A DNA stretch of 64,000 nt from Felis catus (GCF_018350175.1 NC_058368.1:116562001-116626000); one strand, 5' to 3'; shown: positions 36,783 through 49,419, numbered from the stretch's first letter. Made by a program: numbers and translations. The notes: generated from the sequence alone by a model not told the origin.

Positions 36783-37984
36783 CTAGAACTGATACATGAA
36801 TTCAGCAAAGTACCAGGAAAAAAAATCCATGTGGAGAAATCTGTTGCATTTCTATACTCCAATAATGAAGCAGCAGAAAGAGAAATCAAGGAATCAACCT
36901 CATTTACAATTGCACCAAAAGACATAAGATACCTAGGAATAAACCTAACCAAGAGATGAAAGAGCTGTACTCCTAAAAGTATAAAACACCGATGAAAGAA
37001 AGTAAAGATGACACAAACAAATGGAAAGAAATTCCCTGCTCATGGGTTGGAAGAACAAATATTGTTAAAATGTCTTTGTTACCCAAAGCAATCTACACAT
37101 TTAATGTAATCCCTATCAAAAATACCAACAGCATTTTTCACAGAGCTAGAACAAACAATCCTAAATTTTTATAGAACCACAAAAAACTCCAAATAGCCAA
37201 AGCAACGTTGAAAAAGAAAAGCAAACCTGGAGGAATCACAATTTCAGACTTCAAGTCGTATTCCAAAGCTATAGTGATCAAGACAGCATGGTACTGGCAC
37301 AAAAACAGACACAGATTAATAGAACAGACTAGAAAACCCAGATATGGACCCACACCTATATGGTCAACTTTTCTTCAACAAAATAAGAAAGAATATCCAA
37401 TGGGAAAAAGACAAATGGTGCTGGGAAAACTGGACAGCAACATGCAAAAGAATGAAACTGTAACACTTTCTTACACCATACACTAAAACAAATTCAAAAT
37501 GGATTAAAGACCTAAATGTGAGACCTGAAACCATCAAAATCTTAGAGGAGAACACAGGCAGTATCCTCTTCGACATGGGCCATAGCAACTTCTTTCTAGA
37601 TTTGTCTCCTGAGGCAAGGGAAGTAAAAGCAAATATAAACTATCGGGACTTCATCATAACTATTGGGACTTCATCATAAACGTCATAAACTTCATCATAA
37701 ACTATTGGGACTTCATCAAACTATTGGGACTTCATCATAAACAGCTTCTTCTGCACAGCAAAGGAAACAATCAACAAAACTAAAAGGCAACTGATGGAAT
37801 GGGAGAATATACTTGCAAATGACATATGTATAAAGGGTTAGTATCCAAAATATATAAAGAATTTATCAAACTCAGCACCCCAAAAATGAACAAACTGATT
37901 TAAAAATGGGCAGAAGACATGAACAGGCATTTCTCTGAAGAATACATACAGATTGACAACAGACACAACAAAAGATGCTCTACT
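36783..37984 (+). mobile_element. L1 ORF2 segment in inverted orientation
   Basis: Peptides [40 protein letters not shown]. Confidence 0.9.
37638..37742. repeat. local tandem repeat of aactattgggacttcatcat (~4-5 copies)
   Basis: Directly visible inside L1 ORF2. Confidence 0.85.
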
Positions 37985-38169
37985 TTAACTTTCAAATAAA
38001 AATATACTGCTTCATGGGAACTACAGGTATAATATATAAGAGTGTTTCCCATTCCTCCTGTCCCTAATAACATTGTTATCATTAATTTCACTTATCTATA
38101 AGCTGTAACCAATATATTCATGATGTTATGGTTTTAAACAGAGCAATCAATTAAGAATAAGAAAATTTA

Positions 38170-38377
38170 GGGGCACCTGGATGACTCAGTTGGTTAGACA
38201 ACCGACTCTTGATTTCAGCTCAGGTCATGATCTCGTGGTTCATGGATCCAAGCCCTACCTCAGGCTCGCTGCTCACAGCGTGGAGCCTGCTTCAGATCCT
38301 CTGTCTTCCTCTCTCTGCTCCCCCCACCAACTCGTGCTACCTCCCTCTCTCTCTTAAAAATAAACATTAAAAAATAA
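38170..38377 (+). mobile_element. CanSINE
   Basis: TSD aagaatRagaaaattta. Confidence 0.9.
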
Positions 38378-38667
38378 AGAATGAGAAAATTTACAAATTA
38401 TTTTACCTTAATATATTCCTTATCAAATGCCTCTATTTCTTTATATAGATCTGAGTTTCTGACATTATTTTTTCTCTTTGAAGAGCTTTTTAACATTTCT
38501 TTAAAGGTAGATCTAGGGTGACAAATTCACTCAGTGTTTAGTTTGTCTGAGAAAGTCTATTTCTTCTTCACTTGTGAAGGATACTTTTGCCGAATACATA
38601 ATTCTAGGTTGATCGGATGTTTTTCTTTCAAAACTTTAAATATTTTACTCTATTCTTGTTCACATGA

Positions 38668-39082
38668 TGTGATGATTAATTTTATATGTCAACTCGACTG
38701 GGTCACAATGCCTAGATATGTGGTCAAACACTGTTTTAGATATTTCTGAGAGGGTGTTTTTGGATGAGATTGACATTTAACTCAGTGGACTTTGAAGAAA
38801 GTATATTGTCTTCCATTATATGGCTGGGCCTCATCCAATCATTTGGAGGCCTAGATAGAGCAGAAGGCTGATTTCCCCTTAGTAAGAGTGAATTCTGCAA
38901 GCACATGGCCTTCAGACTTTAACTGTAGTGTCATCCCTTCCCTGGTTTTCAGCCTGCTGGTTCATCCTGAAGATTTGGGGCTTGCCAGCCTCAGTAATAC
39001 TGTAAGACAATTCCTTACACACACACACACACACACACACACACCATTGGTTATGTTTTTCTAGAGAACTCTAACTAGTACA
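38668..39082 (+). mobile_element. MLT2 (ERVL) solo LTR
   Basis: tgtgatgattaatttt.atgtcaact.gactgg ... ctagagaactctaactagtaca; near 5-bp TSD catga/cataa. Confidence 0.88.
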
Positions 39083-39577
39083 CATAATTTCTGAAGATAA
39101 GTGTGATGTAATTCTTACCCTTGTTCCTCTGTAGATAAGGTTGATTCATTCCTCTGGCTTCGTTCAAGGTTTTCTTTTTCTTGTTAATTTTCTGGAGTCT
39201 GAATATGATATGTGTGGGTATAGATTTGTTTTTGCTATTTATTCTGCTTGGTTTTATTTGAGCTTCCTGGGTCTGCGGTTTGGTGTCTGTCATTAATTTT
39301 GGCAAATTCACAGCAATTATTTTAACTATTTCTTCTGTTCCTTTCTCTCTTTCTTCTCCTGTTTTGCCCATTATGTATATGTTACATTTTTTTGGTAATT
39401 GTCCCACAATTCTTGGATATTCTATTCACTTCTTTTTTTTTTCCTCTTTGCTTTTCAGTTTGTGAAGTTTCTATTGACATATCTTCAAGCTCACTGATTC
39501 TTTCCTCAGCTGCGTCCAGCTTATTGATGATCATTTATCATTTCTGTTACAGTGTTATTAATTTCTAAAATTTCCTT

Positions 39578-39773
39578 TTTTTGAATGCTTATTTTTGAGA
39601 GAAAGAGAAAGAGAGGGCACGAGCGAGTGAGGGGCAGAGAGAGGGGGCAGAGTATCCAAAGCAGGTTCTGTGCTGACAGGAATGAGCCTGATCTGGCGCC
39701 TGAACTCATGAACCATGAAATCATGACCTTAGCCAAAGTTGGACGCTCAACCCATTGAGCCACCCAGGCACCC
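39578..39773 (-). mobile_element. CanSINE
   Basis: TSD atttcctt. Confidence 0.9.
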
Positions 39774-40108
39774 TGCATTTCCTTGTTTGTAAATTAGAAT
39801 ATTTATATACCTTTTAACCTTCATATTTTCAAAATAGACACTTCCAATAGTTTTCTTACCTCCAAACACAATGTCACGGTTGTTTGCATTCCAAATCTAA
39901 ACAAGAGATAAAACACAATCCTAACATAAAATGTACATAGTGATTACATGGATTCTACTGAGCTTTGGAAGTGCCAAGCCTGATAACAGACTGCTGTCAT
40001 TCTGGCTCATATCCTTAAGTACCTGATTTTTCTTCAAATGTCAGGGTGAATTGTCATAATTGACTTCATGAAATCGAGGGTTACATCTATCATTGGAAAT
40101 AATTAGCA

Positions 40109-40315
40109 GGGGCGCCTGGGTGGCTCAGTCGGTTAAGCGGCCGACTTCGGCTCAGGTCATGATCTCACGGTCCGTGAGTTCGAGCCCCGCGTTGGGCTCT
40201 GTGCTGACAGCTCAGAGCCTGGAGCCTGTTTCAGATTCTGCGTCTCCCTCTCTCTGATCCTCCCCTGTTCATGCTCTCTCTCTGTCTCAAAAATAAATAA
40301 ACGTTAAAAAAAAAA
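40109..40315 (+). mobile_element. CanSINE (young)
   Basis: TSD ggaaataattagca(g) at 40095 and 40316. Confidence 0.95.
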
Positions 40316-40740
40316 GGAAATAATTAGCAGAAGATAAAGTACTGAGTCATGTTATATACTTACAAAAGTCATTATAGATCTAAGTGCCATTTACAAAGAT
40401 GGCTTGAAAAAAAACTTGTCTATCAGGAGAAGAGGAATGAAAGAGGTTTTTGCATCTCGAATTCTTGTTTTTTGGTTTCTGTTAAAGATAGGCTTTGCCT
40501 GTGCTGCTTTTATCCCCCATCACATCTTCAAATTCATGGAAGATTCTAATTCCAGTTGATCGTGTTACAGCATTTGAAATAGCTACTCTGTGGGAAGCAA
40601 GTTTTCCTGGGAGAATTGGAGAAAATTTTGCTTTGTTGCTTGAGTTTTTACTTTAAGGAAAAAAAACATATACAATTGACTTGGGTTTCATCTCTAGCGT
40701 TTCAGCTAGATTCTTTATTAGATTTTCTTTCTTTAAAAAA

Positions 40741-40948
40741 TTTTTAATGTTTATTTATTTTTGAGACAATGAGAGAGACAGAGTGCAAGCAGCAGAGGGG
40801 CAGACAGAGGGAGACACAGAATCTGAAGCGGGCTCCAGATTCTGAGCTGTCAGCCCAGAGCAGGACACGAGGCTCGAATTCACGAACCGTGAGATCATGA
40901 CCTGAGCCGAAGTTGGACGCTTAACCAGCTGAGCCATTCAGGCGCCCC
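40741..40948 (-). mobile_element. CanSINE
   Basis: Full SINE; tctttNttagatttt duplicated on both sides. Confidence 0.9.
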
Positions 40949-42054
40949 TCTTTCTTAGATTTTCTATGTCTCTGCTTATATTACCATCTCTTCTTGTCGG
41001 TCTTCCAATTTTTTCATTAGAGCCCTTAATAATTTGAAGTACTGTAATTCCAATATCTCTGTCATGTTTGAATTTGATTCTGATGCTTGCTCTAGGTCTG
41101 CAGTCTGTGTCTTTATTTCTTTTAATGTACCTTGTAAATTTATTTTTGGAAGCTGGACATGTTGTACTAGGTAAAAGAAAATGAACTAAATAGGCCTTTT
41201 GTGTGAAAATTTAATATTCTGGATAGTGGTTATGTTGTTTTTACTGTTTGATTTACATAGAAGCTATTTTTATACCTAGCTGTAGGTGTCAGAGGTTAAA
41301 ATTTCCTCTAATGTGCTTGTTTTTGTCTCTTATGTTGTCTTTTGGTTTCCCTTGATATTCCTCCTTAAATAAGGTCTGAGTCATGCAGTTCTTTCAGTTG
41401 TGATCTTCTGTTCTAGAGAAGCCTTACTGATGTGGTAGTATGTTGTGGGGAGAAGGAAAGTATTCTATAATCCTATGATTGCATCTCAGTCTTTAGTGAT
41501 CTTGTGCTCCTGGACTGTGACATACACCTGTGTTTCTCTGCTTTTTCCTGACTTTTTTTTTTCTAGCCTTATTGAGATATAGTTGATATACAACATTGTG
41601 TAAGTTTAAGGTGCATAATGTGATGAGTTGATATATGTATATATTGCAAAATATTTACTATAATAAGGTTAGTGAACACATCCTTCATCTTACATAATTA
41701 CCATTTTATAGTTGTTATTATTGTTATGGTGAGAACGTTAAAGCTGTACTCTGATGGTAACTTTCAAATATATAATATAGTATTCTTGACTATAGCCATC
41801 ATGCTATACTTTAGATTCTTGGAACTTACCTCGTAACTGAGTTTATATCCTTTGACCAATATTTCCCCTTTCCCTCACCCCTCAGCCCTGGCAACCACTC
41901 TTCTACTCTGTTTCTATTAGTTTGATGTCTTTATATTCTATATATAAGAGAGATTCTTCAGTATTTGTCTTTCCCTGTCTGACTTATTTCTCTATTATAA
42001 TGCCCTCAAGTTTTGTCCATGTTTTTGCATGTAGTGGAATTTCCTGTTTTTGTG

Positions 42055-42097
<43 letters not shown>

Positions 42098-42171
42098 TGG
42101 ACACTTAGGTTGTTTCCATGTCTTGGCTATTGTGACTAATACTGAAGTGAACATGGGAGTGAAGATATCTT

Positions 42172-42380
42172 TTTTTTTAAATTTTTTTAAAAAGATGTTT
42201 ATTTATTTTTGAGAGGCAGAGAGACAGAGAATGAGCAGGGGAGAGAGGGAGACACAGAATCCAAAGCAGGCTCCAGGCTCTGAACTGTCAGCACAGAGCC
42301 TGATATAGGGACTATAAGCTGTGAGATCATGACCTAAGCCAAAGTCAGACATTTAACCAACTGAGCCACCCAGCTGCCCC
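42172..42380 (-). mobile_element. CanSINE
   Basis: TSD aagatatctt. Confidence 0.9.
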
Positions 42381-42390
42381 AAGATATCTT

Positions 42391-42600
42391 TTTAAATGTT
42401 TATTCATTTGTGTGTGTGTGAGAGAGAGACAGAGCATGGACAGGGAGAGGCAGAGAGAGGGAGAGACAGAGAAACAGAAGCAGGCTCCAGGCTCCAAGCT
42501 GTCAGCACAGAACCTGACGTGGGGCTTGAACTCAAGCACTACAAGATCATGACCTGTGCTGAAATTGGACGCTTAATTGACTGAGCCATGCAGGCATCCC
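42391..42600 (-). mobile_element. CanSINE
   Basis: TSD aagatatctt. Confidence 0.9.
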
Positions 42601-43220
42601 AAAGATATCTTTGTTAAATACTGATGTAATCTCCTTCAGAAATATACCCAGGAATGCTTGCTGGATTATATTGTAGTTTTCTTTTTAATTTTTTTTGAAC
42701 AAACTCCATACTGTTTAAATATTGGCTGAATTAATTTACATTCTTACCCTGAGTTCCCATTTCTTCACATCTGTGCTGGCATTTGTTGTTTCTTGTGTTT
42801 ATGTGTTGTCTTTGTTTGTTTTTTGGATACTAGCTATTCTAACAGGTATAAGATGATACGTCGTTGTGGATTTGATTTGCATTTCCCTGATTATTAGCAA
42901 TGTCAAGCACGTTTTCATGTATGTATTCACTATTTGCATGTCTTCTTTGGGAAAATACCTGTTCAAATCATCTTCCCATTTTAAACTGTTTTTGTAATTA
43001 TTATTGTTATTTTTTTATTTCACGTTTTTATTCAAATTCTAGTTAGTTACCGTATATGGTAAAATTAGTTTCAGGGGTAGAATTTAGTGATTTATCACTT
43101 ACATCTAACATCCAGTGCTCATCATAAGTGCCTTTCTTAATACCCATCATCCATTTAGCCCATTGCCTGCCCACCTTTCTCCATCAACCTTCAGTTTGTT
43201 CTCTATAGTTAAGAGTCTCT

Positions 43221-43419
43221 GGGGTACCTGGTTGGCTCAGTTGATTAGGCATCCAATTCTTGATTTTGACTCAGGTCATGATCTCATGGTTTGTGGAATT
43301 GAGCCCGCATCAGGCTCCATGCTTCAGTACGGAGCCTGCTTGGTATTCTCTCTCTCTTTCTGCCCCTCCCCTGCTCTCTTGCTCTATCTCTCATAACAAA
43401 TAAACAAACTTTAAAAAAG
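43221..43419 (+). mobile_element. CanSINE
   Basis: TSD aagaRtctct. Confidence 0.88.
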
Positions 43420-43512
43420 AATCTCTTATGGTTTGTTAGTTTTGGAATTATTGAGTTGTATGAGTTACTTATATATTTTGGATGTTAACTCCTTATAAGA
43501 TATGAGGTTTAT

Positions 43513-43733
43513 GGGGCACCTGGATGACACAGTTGGTTGAGCGTCTGACTTCGACTCAGATCATGATCTGCTGGTTAGGTTTGTAAGCTCGAGCGCTGCA
43601 TTGGGCTCTGTACTGACAGCTCAGAGCCTGGAGCCCACTTCAGATTCTGTGTCTCCCTCTCTCTCTGCCCCTCCCCCATTCATGCTCTGTCTCTCCAAAA
43701 TGAATAAATGTTAAAAAAAATTTTTTAATAAAA
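43513..43733 (+). mobile_element. CanSINE
   Basis: TSD aagatatRaggttta. Confidence 0.9.
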
Positions 43734-44109
43734 AAGATATAAGGTTTACAAATATTTTCTCCCATTCTGTAGATTGCCTTTCTGTTTTTCTTTTTGATTG
43801 TTTCTTTTGTTGTGTAGAAAGATTTTCTTTTGTCATAACTCCTCTTATTGATTTTTGCTCTTGTTGCTTGTGATTTTGTTCTCATATCCAAAAAATCATT
43901 ACCAAAACCAATGTCAGGGAGGTTTCCTTCATGTTTTCCTGTAGGAGTTTTATGATTTCATATCTGACATTTCAATCCTTAATCAACTTTGAGTTAATAT
44001 TTTGTGAGTAGTATAAGATAGGCGTCAAATTTTACTTTTTTACATTTTGATGTCCACTTTTTCCAGTACTATTTATTGAATAGACTATCCTTTCCCCATT
44101 GGTCATTCT

Positions 44110-45197
44110 TTTAAAAAACTTAAATCCAGAATAGTTGACATACATTGTTTTATTAGTTTCTGGTATACAATTTAATTATTTGACAATTCTGTATATTACT
44201 CACTGCTCATTGTGATAAGTGTACTTTTAATCCCCTTCACCTATTTCACCAGTCCCCCACCTCCCCTCTGGTAAACATCAGTTTACTCTATAGTTAATAG
44301 TCTTTTTTTTTTTTTTTTGGTCTCTTTTTTCCCTTGTTCATTTATTTTGTTTCTTAAATTCCAATATGAGTGAAATTATATGGTATTTGTTTTTCTCTGA
44401 CTGACTTATTTCACTTATTGTTATGCTCTCTAGATTAATCCATGTTGTTGCTAATAACATTTGTTTTTTTTTCTCATTTAGTTCTTTTTATGGCTGAGTA
44501 ATATTCCATTGTATATACATACTACATCTCTTCATCCATTTTTTTATCAGTGGACATTTGGGCTGCTTCCATACTTTGGCTATTGTATATAATGCTGCTA
44601 TAAACATAGGGATACACATATATTTTTGAATTAGTGTTTTTATTTTCTTCAGGTAAATTTGCAGTAGTGTAATTACTGGATCATAGGGTAGTTCTAGTTT
44701 TAATTTTTTTGAGGAACCTCCATACTGTTTTCCCTAATAGCTTCACCAGTTTGCATTCCCACCAACAGTGCGTGAGGGTTCCTTTTTCTCCATATCCTTG
44801 CCAATACTTGCTGTTTTTTGTGTTTTTGATTTTAGCCATTCTAACAGGCATGAGGTGATATCTCATTGTGGTTTTGATCTCCATGTCTCTAACAATGTGT
44901 GATGTTGACTATCTTTTCATGTGTCTGTTAGCCATCTGGATGTCTTCTTTGGAGAAATGTCTGTCCATATCTTCTGCCCGTTTTTAAATTGGATTGTTCA
45001 CTTTTGGGTATGGGTGTTGAGTTTGATAAGTTCTTTATGTATTTTGCACGCTAACCCTTTATCAAATATGTCATTTGCAAGTATCTTCTCCCATTCCATA
45101 GGTTGTTTTCTAGTTTTGTTGATTGTTTCTTTCGCTATGCAGATGCTTTTTATTTATTTATTTTTAATTAAAACAATGTTTTAATGTTTATTTGGGG

Positions 45198-45245
<48 letters not shown>

Positions 45246-46103
45246 CAGGTTCCAGGCTCCAAGCTGTCAGCCCAGAGCCTGACATGGGGCTTGAACTCAT
45301 GGACTGCAGGATCATGACCTGAACTGAAGTTAGACGTCCAACCAACTAAGTCACACAGGTGCCCGCAGAAGCTTTGTATTTTGATGCAGTCCCAAGAGTT
45401 TAGTTTTGCTTTTATTTCCCTTGCCTCAGGAGACATATCTAGAAAGAAGTTGCTATGGCCCATGTCAAATAAGATAACTGCTGGTGGTTTCCTCTAAGAT
45501 TTTGATGGTTCCAAGTCTTACATTTAGGTCTCTAATTCATTTTGAAATAATTTTGTGTTTGGTGTAAGAAAGCGGTATGGTTTCATCCTTTTGCATGTTG
45601 CTGTCCAGTTTTCCCAACACCATTTGTTGAAGAGACTGTCTTTTTTCCGTTGGATATTCTTTCCTGCTTTGTGGAAGAATAGTTGTCTGTATAGGTGTGG
45701 GTCCATATCTGGGTTTTCTAGTCTGCTCTAATTTTCTATGTGTCTATTATTGTGCCAGTACCATGCTGTTGTGATCACTATAGCCTTGTATATAGCTTGA
45801 AGTCCAGAGTTGTGATGCCTCCAGCTTTGCTTTTCTTTTCATTGTTGCTTTGGCTATTTGGAGTCTTTTATGGTTCCATATAAATTTTAGGATCGTTTGT
45901 TCTAGCTCTGTGAAAAATGATGTTGGTATTTTGATAGGGATTGCATTAAATGTGTAGATTTCTTTGGGTAACTCAGACATTTTAGCAGTATTTTTCTTCC
46001 AACTCATGAGCAAGGAATGTCTTTCCATTTTTTGGTGTCATCTTCAATTTCTTTCATCAGTGTTTTATAGTTTTCAGAGTACAGGTCTTTCACCTCTTCG
46101 GTT
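44110..46103 (-). mobile_element. 5'-truncated carnivore L1
   Basis: 3'UTR plus ORF2 ([31 protein letters not shown]). Confidence 0.88.
45151..45364 (-). mobile_element. CanSINE
   Basis: TSD gcagaWgcttt. Confidence 0.9.
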
Positions 46104-47052
46104 CAACAACACAAACAACAGGTGTTGGTGAGGATATGGAGAAAGGGGAACCCTCTTGCACTGTTGGAGGGAATGCAAACTGGTGCAGCCTCTCTGGAAA
46201 GCAGTACAGAGATTCCTCAAAAAGTTAAAAATAGGACTATCCTGTTATCCACCAATTGCACTACTAAGTATTTACCCAAAGAATACAAAAATAATTCAAA
46301 GGGATACATGCACACTTAGCTTTATAGCAGCATGATCTACAATAGCCAAAGTGTGGAAACAGCCCACTGATTGATGAATGGATAAAGAAGATGTGGCATA
46401 TATACACAATTGGAATATTACTCAGCCATAAAAAAGAATGAAATCTTGACATTTGCAATGATATGGATAGAGCTAGATAATATTATAGTAAGTGAAATAA
46501 TCAATTTAGAGAAAGACAAATGCCATGTGATTTCACTCATGTGGAATTTAAGAATCAAAACAAATGAGCAAAAGGGGATAAAATAGAGAGTGGCAAACTA
46601 AGAAATAGATTCTTTTTTTATTAAAAATTTTTTTTAATGTTTTATTTATTTATTTTTGAGGCAGAAAGAGACAGAGCATGAGCAGGGGAGGGGCAGAGAG
46701 AGAGGGAGACATAGAATCTGAAGCAGGCTCCAGGCTCTGAGCTGTCAGCTCAGAGCCTGATGCGGGGCTCGAACTCACAAACTGCAAGATCATGACCTGA
46801 GACGAAGTCGGACACTTAACCGATTGAGCCACCCAGGCGCCCCAGAAATAGATTCTTAACTATAGAGAACAGACTGATGGCTATTGAGGAGAGGTGGGTG
46901 GGGGAATTTGTTAAATGCATGATGGATATTAAGGAGTGTACTTGTGGTGAGCAGTGAGTGTTATATGGAAATGTTGAATTACTACATTGTACACCTGAAA
47001 CTAATATTACACTGTATGTTAACTAAATAAGACTTAAATAAAAACTTAAAAA
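46104..47052 (+). mobile_element. 5'-truncated carnivore L1
   Basis: ORF2 end, 3'UTR and A-rich tail. Confidence 0.88.
46615..46843 (-). mobile_element. CanSINE
   Basis: TSD agaaatagattctt at 46601-46614 and 46844-46857. Confidence 0.93.
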
Positions 47053-47355
47053 TACAGTGATACCTTAAGGATAAGAAAAAAAGTTTTAAAAAGTTCTTCA
47101 ATGTACTATATGACATACTTTACTATTTATACTTAGGAATTAGACAAGACTGACTAAACTGATTTTCTCTGTGACTTCTACTGTGGACTCAAAACAATTT
47201 AATCCATTTTAAAGTTATTTAGTCCATTTTTAAGTCATTTGAAAACAGTGTAATCATCTGTGGGGCTTAGGCCTGGAATCAACCATGGCCTTTCCTGGCT
47301 GATAGACAACAAAAAGAAAAAAAGTATCTCATTCTCTTGAAACAGAAAGGAAAAA

Positions 47356-47356
<1 letters not shown>

Positions 47357-47401
<45 letters not shown>

Positions 47402-47490
47402 ACATATATGTGTGTGTATATAAATGTATACACTATATATATACATGTGTATACATATATATACATATATATGTGTGTGTGTGTGTATAC
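47357..47490. repeat. (GT)n/(TA)n compound microsatellite
   Basis: Directly visible. Confidence 0.9.
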
Positions 47491-47887
47491 ACTATTCTAA
47501 GACAAAATTATTTTGTTTTTAGACAATCCCATATCATGTAATTGAATAAAACTCTTGAAATACCCTTTGGGTAAGACTATTGCAATGAGTTACTTTAAAA
47601 TACATATGGCAACAAAAGTCTAAAGATTAAAGTAGAGATATTTGACTATGTCTAGTCAACAGATAAACAACATTATGTTATGGAATAGTGCTTCTTTTTT
47701 TAGCTGGCATTATAATTGTCAAAATTAACTGAAATTTTCAAGCATCAATATTTTAAAATAAATTTTCCTGTCACCCTTAATTTGTGACCAGAAAATCACC
47801 TTGCATCATTATCAAAATATGAATATTTAAATAGAGGATATTCACATATTAGCCCACTACATTTTTATCCCTGTAAAACACATGAAC

Positions 47888-48292
47888 TGGGATAGGCAGA
47901 GTAATGCCTCTTCCCAAACATGTTCACATTCTACACCTGGAACTATCACTATGTTTTCTTACATCGCAAAAAGTTTTTGCAGATGTGATGTTAAGATGAG
48001 GACATTGTTCTGGATTATCTGAGTGTGCCCAGTGTAATCACAGGGTTCGTAAGGAAACAGGAGGGCCAGAGATAGAGTCAGGGATTCTATTATGGAAGCA
48101 GATCAGAGCTATACAGGACCAGAGGCCAAGATCTGGGTGGCCTGTAGAAGCTGGAAAAGGCAAGGGAATTGATTTTTCCCTGAGAGCCTCCAGAATAAAA
48201 ACAACCATGCTAACATCTTGACTTTACTCTAGTGAAACCTATTTCAGACTTATTATCTCTACAACTGCAAGATAATAAATTTGTGTTGTGTT
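47888..48292 (+). mobile_element. MLT1 (MaLR) LTR, MLT1D-like
   Basis: aggcagagtaatg..ttttgcagatgtgat..ctggattatc..gctggaaaaggcaagg..agagcctccagaa..ataataaatttgtgttg. Confidence 0.85.
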
Positions 48293-48599
48293 GCTAAGGC
48301 CTGTGTGATCACTGTTCCACCCTGTGATCAGTATTGGACCTGGATAGTGGTCTACTATGTAGTTCAGCTTTTAAACCCTGTGGTTTGCTGTTTAGAGCAA
48401 CATCTAAACAGCTTTGAGGTGAGCCCATGAGTTTATACACAAATTTATGGAGTCACTCTTCTGATCTCCCTTGCTCTCCATGACTCTCTGGGGCCTCTAT
48501 TTCTGGTCCTTCCTTCTGAAAGCTGAGGTTTCAGTTTCTCTTTCCATGATGTTGTCTGTCTTTAGGACCAAGAAAACAGTTGACAGGTTTTTAGAAAGT

Positions 48600-49168
48600 A
48601 ACAGAGATTTATTTCCAGTTTCAAGATATACTATAAAGCTGTAATAATCAAAGCAATATGATACTTGTGCAAAAATTTGACACAGATCAGTGGGACAGAA
48701 TAGCACAGAAATAAACCCGCATTTATATAGTTAATCTGCAGCAAAGGAGGAAAGAGTATACAATGGACAAAAGACAGTCTCTTCAATAAACAGTCTGGGC
48801 AGTAACATGCAAAAGAATAAAATTAGGCTGGTTTCTTATACCATATACAAAAATAAACTTAAAATTGATTAGAGTATGGGATGCCTGGGTGGCTCAGTTG
48901 GTTAACCATCTGACTTTGGCTCAGGTCATGATCTCATGGCTTGTGAGTTTGAGCCCCACCTCAGGCTCTGCACTGATAGATAGACAACAGCCAATTTTCT
49001 GACAGTTTGACTGTCTGACAGTGCAGAGTCTGCTTGGGATTCTCTCTTTCTCTCTCTTTGCCCCTCCCCCCTCAAAATAAATAAATAAACTTTAAAAAAT
49101 GGATTGAACACCTAAATGTGGGACTTGAAATCATAAAACTCCTAGAAGAAAACATAGGCAGTAATTAC
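48600..49168 (+). mobile_element. L1 ORF2 fragment
   Basis: tactataaagctgtaataatcaa..aaagacagtctcttcaataaa..cctagaagaaaacataggca. Confidence 0.8.
48878..49098 (+). mobile_element. CanSINE with ~40-bp internal insertion
   Basis: SINE motifs; extra sequence at 48977-49014. Confidence 0.88.
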
Positions 49169-49419
49169 ATATTTTCTTTTGATTTTCCATTTTAGTCAGT
49201 TGTTTGTATCACTACTGTCAATCCTGTCTTTTTGTTGTTGCTTTCCTTTGTTTTCCAGATAATGGTTGCTTTTTTTTTAGACATTGCAACTATAATATCC
49301 TTAACTGTTGTCTGCTAGCTTTGCCATAGTTTCTTCATTGAATAATATCCTTCATTATTATGTGTTGTAGGACTCATTCCTTAGGTCCTATATTCTACTT
49401 TTTCTGAACTAATCCCTTT

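Larger units (their letters stand above)
37985..41550 (-). mobile_element. old L1M inter-ORF/ORF1/5' fossil (interrupted)
   Basis: ORF 39075(-) has ORF1p motifs (EEREKGTEEI..PKLMTDTKPQTQEAQ..PTHIIFRLQK). Confidence 0.75.
41555..44105 (-). mobile_element. L1MA-like 3' end and ORF2 (interrupted by SINEs and a carnivore L1 tail at ~43010-43440)
   Basis: ttattgagatatagttgatatacaacattgtgtaagtttaaggtg 3' terminus; ORF2 motifs. Confidence 0.8.

Noticed and set aside
47261..47310. tRNA-like or primer-binding-site-like stretch tggggcttaggcctggaatcaacc
   Set aside because: No adjacent LTR and no convincing match to a tRNA I recall.
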